DNA of 64,000 nucleotides from Candidatus Daviesbacteria bacterium RIFCSPHIGHO2_02_FULL_43_12 (lineage in GTDB: Bacteria; Patescibacteriota; Microgenomatia; Daviesbacterales; UBA10151). The stretch is from positions 169,834 to 233,833 of the forward strand of contig MFDD01000002.1 of NCBI GenBank assembly GCA_001776775.1, given 5' to 3'. Both the position numbers and the translations under genes were made by a program. Of this stretch, positions 59,811 to 64,000 are shown one piece after another (within the stretch, counting starts at the first letter, position 1; every line of letters begins with the position of its first letter). The notes under the pieces were generated by a model that saw nothing but the letters and a program-made list of their open reading frames with translations, was not told where the DNA came from and searched no databases.

Positions 59811-60816
59811 TTAGTCTTTCGTAAAGAGCTACTGTTGTGTCGGCAGACTTTTGCCAGCTGAATTTTTGGACTTGTTTAAAACCTTTCGCAATCAGCTCTT
59901 TGCGTAAATCTACATCCGCCCATACCTCTTTAAGCTTTGCGGTGATCTCATCAACGTTTAAGGGGTCAACATAGCAGGCGCCATCTCCTCCCACTTCCGG
60001 AAGGGCGGAGACATTAGAGGTAATTACCGGCACTCCACAAGCAAAGCTTTCTAAAACCGGTAGTCCGAATCCTTCGTATAGTGAAGGATAAAGCAGTACT
60101 TTTGCCAGAGAATAAAGAACCGGCATTTGGGAATCTGATGGTCTTGGCATTAGTTCTCCGCTTACCACCAAGGGCAAATCCCCAACCGCATCCTTTACTC
60201 TAGCTAAATTTCGTCTCTCTCCAACCCCGCTAATTGCCAACACGAATTCTTTGGGTAGATTATATTTTTTCCGGAATTCGTCTTTAGTACTTTCGGATTG
60301 AGGCTTAAAATTTTCACTTACCCCCTCATAAATTACTTCAATCTTTTCTGCCGGGATATGAGTTAGCTCTAGTAGGTCCTGTTTTGTGGATTCGGAGACC
60401 GCGATAATATAGTCTATTTCTCTCTCTACTTTTTCCAGGCGTTCCTTATGGACCTTGATAATCGAGGGTACTGACCATTGGGGGTACTTTAGGGGAATGA
60501 CATCGTGATAGGTCGTTACTTTTTTAGCACTACTAGCTGGCTGAACCCAGTCAGAGCTATGAAAAACATCTACCTTACCGATGAACTGTTCGATGTTAAT
60601 AAATCTCCAGTTATTCATCACGGGCTGAAAAAGACTGGGCGGGATAGGTAGGGATTTAACATTCGCCAATTCACCCTTATAGGGTTTTCTGAGTGAAGTA
60701 TAAAAAAATACTATCTCTAAGTCTTTCCGTAAGGAGAGTGCTTTTGCTAGCTCTTTAGTATAGGTTGCTACCCCACCGATAAATGCTGTTTGAGATATAT
60801 CAAAACCAATTTTCAT
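59797..60816 (-). CDS. Family 4 glycosyltransferase
   Basis: [20 protein letters not shown]. Confidence 0.85.
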   Translation of the reverse strand: MKIGFDISQTAFIGGVATYTKELAKALSLRKDLEIVFFYTSLRKPYKGELANVKSLPIPPSLFQPVMNNWRFINIEQFIGKVDVFHSSDWVQPASSAKKVTTYHDVIPLKYPQWSVPSIIKVHKERLEKVEREIDYIIAVSESTKQDLLELTHIPAEKIEVIYEGVSENFKPQSESTKDEFRKKYNLPKEFVLAISGVGERRNLARVKDAVGDLPLVVSGELMPRPSDSQMPVLYSLAKVLLYPSLYEGFGLPVLESFACGVPVITSNVSALPEVGGDGACYVDPLNVDEITAKLKEVWADVDLRKELIAKGFKQVQKFSWQKSADTTVALYERLNDKQ

Positions 60817-62231
60817 TTTAGAGTGTACTCATAGATAAAACCAACTCCAGCAAAGTCATGGGTGATGGTATTTAGATACCCCTTCCTTTCTATTGCTGCG
60901 GCCACAAAGCGCTGAGGATCAGTAATATCTACTAAATAGTCTACCAGAAAAATAGTCTTATCACCCTTTAGCTTTGTTTTTAAGTCGACTACGTCCGAGT
61001 CCCGCTGGGCAGGCATCATCTCCAGAGCTCCGAGGGTCTGAAGATTATCCTGGGCATAATACTTAAACGGCGAAAAGCTGTCGTTACTTTCAAAAAGTAT
61101 CTTTGCCTGGGGATTTCTAAGCTCCAAAAAGGACACTGCTTCTCGCCAGTTTTCTCTTTGAAATCTGGGATTAAACAGATATATACCACCAAAAATAAGT
61201 TGCGTGACGACTATGCTAGTTAGGGCAGTTTCTCTCCACTTGTGAGATAAACTATCAATCCCTAACGCTGCTAAAATCATCAAAGGACTGAGAATAAAAA
61301 GCACTCTAAAATAGCTAAAGATAGGAATCCAAAAAGAGATTATAAAACTTAAAGTTAGGGGAACTAGAAACCAATATATTAGACTGGGAATAAATTTATT
61401 TCTACCAACTACCCCCCGGCTGACAAACCATCCATAAGCCAGCCCCATTCCTCCGGCAATCAATCCATATAGTATTTTATTATAAAAACTAATTCTACCG
61501 AGTAGAAATTTCACTAAGGTGAGCCCTAAGGATTTAGCAGTTGCTTGTCCGACCACCTCTTTCCATACTGGAAAGTTAGTTGTCGTATCTATACCAATTT
61601 TTAACTGCTTAATGAGCAGCGGTAAAAAGGCCGCTCCGGCCAGTGCTACCAGTATCCATCCCTTCAAAACTTCCTTCCACCAATTCTTCGACTGGGCAAA
61701 AATCAATACTACTATTTGCGAAAGGATGGTGAGGCTGGCTACATAATCGCTGCTTAAAAGCAAGGTTGTCGATGCTCCGTATTTTAAAAACCCAAATCGC
61801 GAGAGGTTCTGGAGCTTAAGAAAATAATAAAAGCTCATGGCTGAGGCCATAGCTGCAAACTCATACATTCGCGCCTCCTGGCTATAATAAATATGTAGAG
61901 GATTCACTGCAATTAAAAGAGCCGCGGTCAGGGCCAGCTGCCTGTTTTTTATTAGTACCCCTAATTTATACACATACCAAATAGTCACCACCCCAAAAAT
62001 GACCGAGGGTATTCTGGCCGATATTTCACTAAACCCGAAAGTATGAGTCCAAATCCAAAGAATAATAAAATACCCGGGGGGATGAAAATCTGCCTGCAGA
62101 TACTGAGTTATATAATCCCAGAAGGAATTTTGTTTACTTGCCAGCAGACTAATTGCCTCATCCAGCCACAGACTTTGATTTAAAGATATCAAGCGCAAGG
62201 TCAGCCCTAAAATAAGCACGACTATAATCAT
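60813..62231 (-). CDS. GT-C fold membrane glycosyltransferase (ArnT/PMT_2-like)
   Basis: 472 aa, ~12 TM, LWLDEAISLL first-loop motif. Confidence 0.65.
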   Translation of the reverse strand: MIIVVLILGLTLRLISLNQSLWLDEAISLLASKQNSFWDYITQYLQADFHPPGYFIILWIWTHTFGFSEISARIPSVIFGVVTIWYVYKLGVLIKNRQLALTAALLIAVNPLHIYYSQEARMYEFAAMASAMSFYYFLKLQNLSRFGFLKYGASTTLLLSSDYVASLTILSQIVVLIFAQSKNWWKEVLKGWILVALAGAAFLPLLIKQLKIGIDTTTNFPVWKEVVGQATAKSLGLTLVKFLLGRISFYNKILYGLIAGGMGLAYGWFVSRGVVGRNKFIPSLIYWFLVPLTLSFIISFWIPIFSYFRVLFILSPLMILAALGIDSLSHKWRETALTSIVVTQLIFGGIYLFNPRFQRENWREAVSFLELRNPQAKILFESNDSFSPFKYYAQDNLQTLGALEMMPAQRDSDVVDLKTKLKGDKTIFLVDYLVDITDPQRFVAAAIERKGYLNTITHDFAGVGFIYEYTLK

Positions 62232-62986
62232 TTTTGTTCGCTTAAGGAATATAGATGCAGCTCAACTAAGATTCGATAATACATTAACCCGAGTACCAAA
62301 CCAATTCCCCACCAACCGTCTAAGTATCCCCTATGCTTTATAAATCTTACCAAAAACTCCCTGGTTGGCTGCCAAATAAGTCTGAGTGGAGAAAACCGAA
62401 TACCTTTAGTCGATAGATTTTGGGCTTCAATCTTTGCATAACGGCGCTGCCTTGACAAAAACTGGCTGAAATTGTCATATCCAAAATGAAGCAAAGCATT
62501 ACTTTCTATGGCCGGTAAATTATATGCCTCACCTTCGATTTTCGGGTAAGTATGGATTATTCTTGGCCAACTAACTGCCCCTCTTCTAAAAAACCGTATC
62601 TGTCTATCGGGCCAAAAATTAGTATGCGAAATCCACTGACCGGCAAATATATTTTTTCTAGGAATATTAATTACTGAATATTCATTACTGGCTGCAAACT
62701 CTCTGAGCTTAACCTTCAAAGATTCGCTCAGCTCCTCATCAGGATCCATAATCAAGATCCAGTCCCCTGAGGTTTGTGCTATAGAATAATCTCTAATTAA
62801 TTCCACAAAAGGCACAAAAGCATGTGCTTGGTATTTTGCCCTAAACTCTTTGCTCAAGTCTTGGACCCTGGGTTCGCTGCCTATATCTATAATCACGATC
62901 TCTTCTGCAAAGTTGCTAATACTTTGAAGAGATTTGCGAAGTTTTTCAGTTTCATTAAAAACTACATAAACTACAGATATTTTCAT
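62228..62986 (-). CDS. Family 2 glycosyltransferase
   Basis: MKISVVYVVFNE…IIDIGS, DPDE. Confidence 0.75.
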   Translation of the reverse strand: MKISVVYVVFNETEKLRKSLQSISNFAEEIVIIDIGSEPRVQDLSKEFRAKYQAHAFVPFVELIRDYSIAQTSGDWILIMDPDEELSESLKVKLREFAASNEYSVINIPRKNIFAGQWISHTNFWPDRQIRFFRRGAVSWPRIIHTYPKIEGEAYNLPAIESNALLHFGYDNFSQFLSRQRRYAKIEAQNLSTKGIRFSPLRLIWQPTREFLVRFIKHRGYLDGWWGIGLVLGLMYYRILVELHLYSLSEQK

Positions 62987-63927
62987 TTTTCTCCAATCTG
63001 AAGAAGCAGCTCTTTATAGCGCTTGGCTATTATATTCCATGAAAACCTTTCGGCTTGCTGGCGAGGTTTATTTTCCCAATTTCTTTGAAGAGCTAGTTTC
63101 ATAGCCTCGGCAATTATTTGTTCATTTTCGGCGTCAATTAATATTCCCGCATCGCCAATAATCTCTTTCCTAGCTCCATCTAAGGGAGCCACCACCGGTA
63201 ACCCCGAAGCCATTGCTTCTAAATAAACTATTCCAAATGATTCCCTGTCCCATGATAGTAGTGTAAAAAGATCTGCGGCGCGGTAAAGTTCGGCCATATT
63301 AGAATAATCAAATGATTTAATGCTAAATCTATCCCCCAATAGTGATTGGCCTAGCTCACGAAGAGATTGCTCCTCTTCACCTTCGCCTACAATCAAAAGC
63401 GACCCCTGGTCTAATTTCGCAACAGCTCTAATCGCTCTTTCGTGATGTTTGTTTTTAGTGAGGGCACCAACTGCAAGAATAACTGGACGAGCTAATTTTA
63501 AATCTAGCTTAGAACCTTTGGGATTAAATTTATCTAAGTCTACCCCATTGGATATTTTTTCAATGCGTACCCCCAGACTTCTGAGACTAGCCCACTTCCT
63601 CATTGTTTCAGTCAGAGCAATAAAAACATCCGGTCTGACCAAAATATTCCACCAGTCATCCCTGCCCATACCACTATGCCCAGAAATAACCATTTTGTAT
63701 GGTTTTATCAGCCGACCCAAAGAAACTTTCAAGCTTTGCAACCTACCATTAATAGGGATCACTACATCCGGATTCAAGGAGAGAACCTTGGTCAGGTTAT
63801 CCGCATCCTTGCCGGATAAAACCTCCAGCTGCATAGAATTTTGTAGATGAGAGGTTAGTTCTCTAACAAAAACTTCCGCTCCTCGTTTAGATGTTTCTTG
63901 ATATCTGCTTAAAAATATAGTTTTCAT
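62983..63927 (-). CDS. Family 4 glycosyltransferase
   Basis: LEAMASGLPVVAP motif; ATG 63927 (MKTIFLS) preferred to TTG 63966. Confidence 0.75.
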   Translation of the reverse strand: MKTIFLSRYQETSKRGAEVFVRELTSHLQNSMQLEVLSGKDADNLTKVLSLNPDVVIPINGRLQSLKVSLGRLIKPYKMVISGHSGMGRDDWWNILVRPDVFIALTETMRKWASLRSLGVRIEKISNGVDLDKFNPKGSKLDLKLARPVILAVGALTKNKHHERAIRAVAKLDQGSLLIVGEGEEEQSLRELGQSLLGDRFSIKSFDYSNMAELYRAADLFTLLSWDRESFGIVYLEAMASGLPVVAPLDGARKEIIGDAGILIDAENEQIIAEAMKLALQRNWENKPRQQAERFSWNIIAKRYKELLLQIGEK

Positions 63928-64000
63928 TTTTTTACTACAACCACTAAATGTGGTCCCCACATCCAAAAAGGATAAACGCCTAATTTACCCAAAACTTTAA

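Overview
This is a gene-dense, ~40% GC window with almost no spacers, and most genes run on the minus strand. The gene content looks like a Patescibacteria/CPR-type or other reduced Gram-positive-like genome: a type-2 IleRS, an alpha2-type GlyRS, a dcw cluster with few mur genes, and many glycosyltransferases.

From left to right the window contains:
- **1..2473:** the 5' end of a giant secreted repeat protein, partial, minus strand.
- **2.7–7.5 kb:** an htpX–lemA pair, an ABC-2 exporter and PolX.
- **7.8–15.6 kb:** tRNA-Asp, a LysM protein and an SGNH hydrolase. A higher-GC segment lies between tRNA-Thr and tRNA-Gly and carries an SRPBCC protein, a SAM methyltransferase, an HXXEE membrane protein, an atypical 519-aa radical-SAM enzyme, a Cys-containing small ORF and a VanZ-like protein.
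- **15.7–20.6 kb:** a small polysaccharide module (Wzy-like ligase, GT2, Wzx flippase) and lepB.
- **20618..20685:** a (GAGTTAA)x9 microsatellite between lepB and parB.
- **20.7–26.3 kb:** an orphan parB, rplU-rpmA, a SEDS protein and ileS.
- **26.4–28.8 kb:** a UDP-xylose module (a short UDP-sugar dehydrogenase, UXS and a NUDIX hydrolase).
- **28.9–40.8 kb:** a complete but minimal dcw cluster on the minus strand, in the order mraZ, rsmH, ftsL, ftsI, a truncated murB-like gene, murF, mraY, ftsW, murG, ftsQ, ftsA, ftsZ.
- **42.1–44.1 kb:** glyQS preceded by a 650-bp leader with two glycine T-box elements, a sigma70 promoter, an intrinsic terminator and a small SD-driven ORF.
- **44.1–47.4 kb:** a LysE exporter, recO and a large membrane-anchored hypothetical protein.
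- **47.3–64 kb:** a >16-kb glycosylation cluster on the minus strand.

No CRISPR array, integrase, transposase or rRNA was found. The most unusual signals are the tandem T-box leader, the tRNA-flanked radical-SAM segment, the heptamer repeat, the truncated murB and UDPGDH genes, and the size of the glycosyltransferase island.
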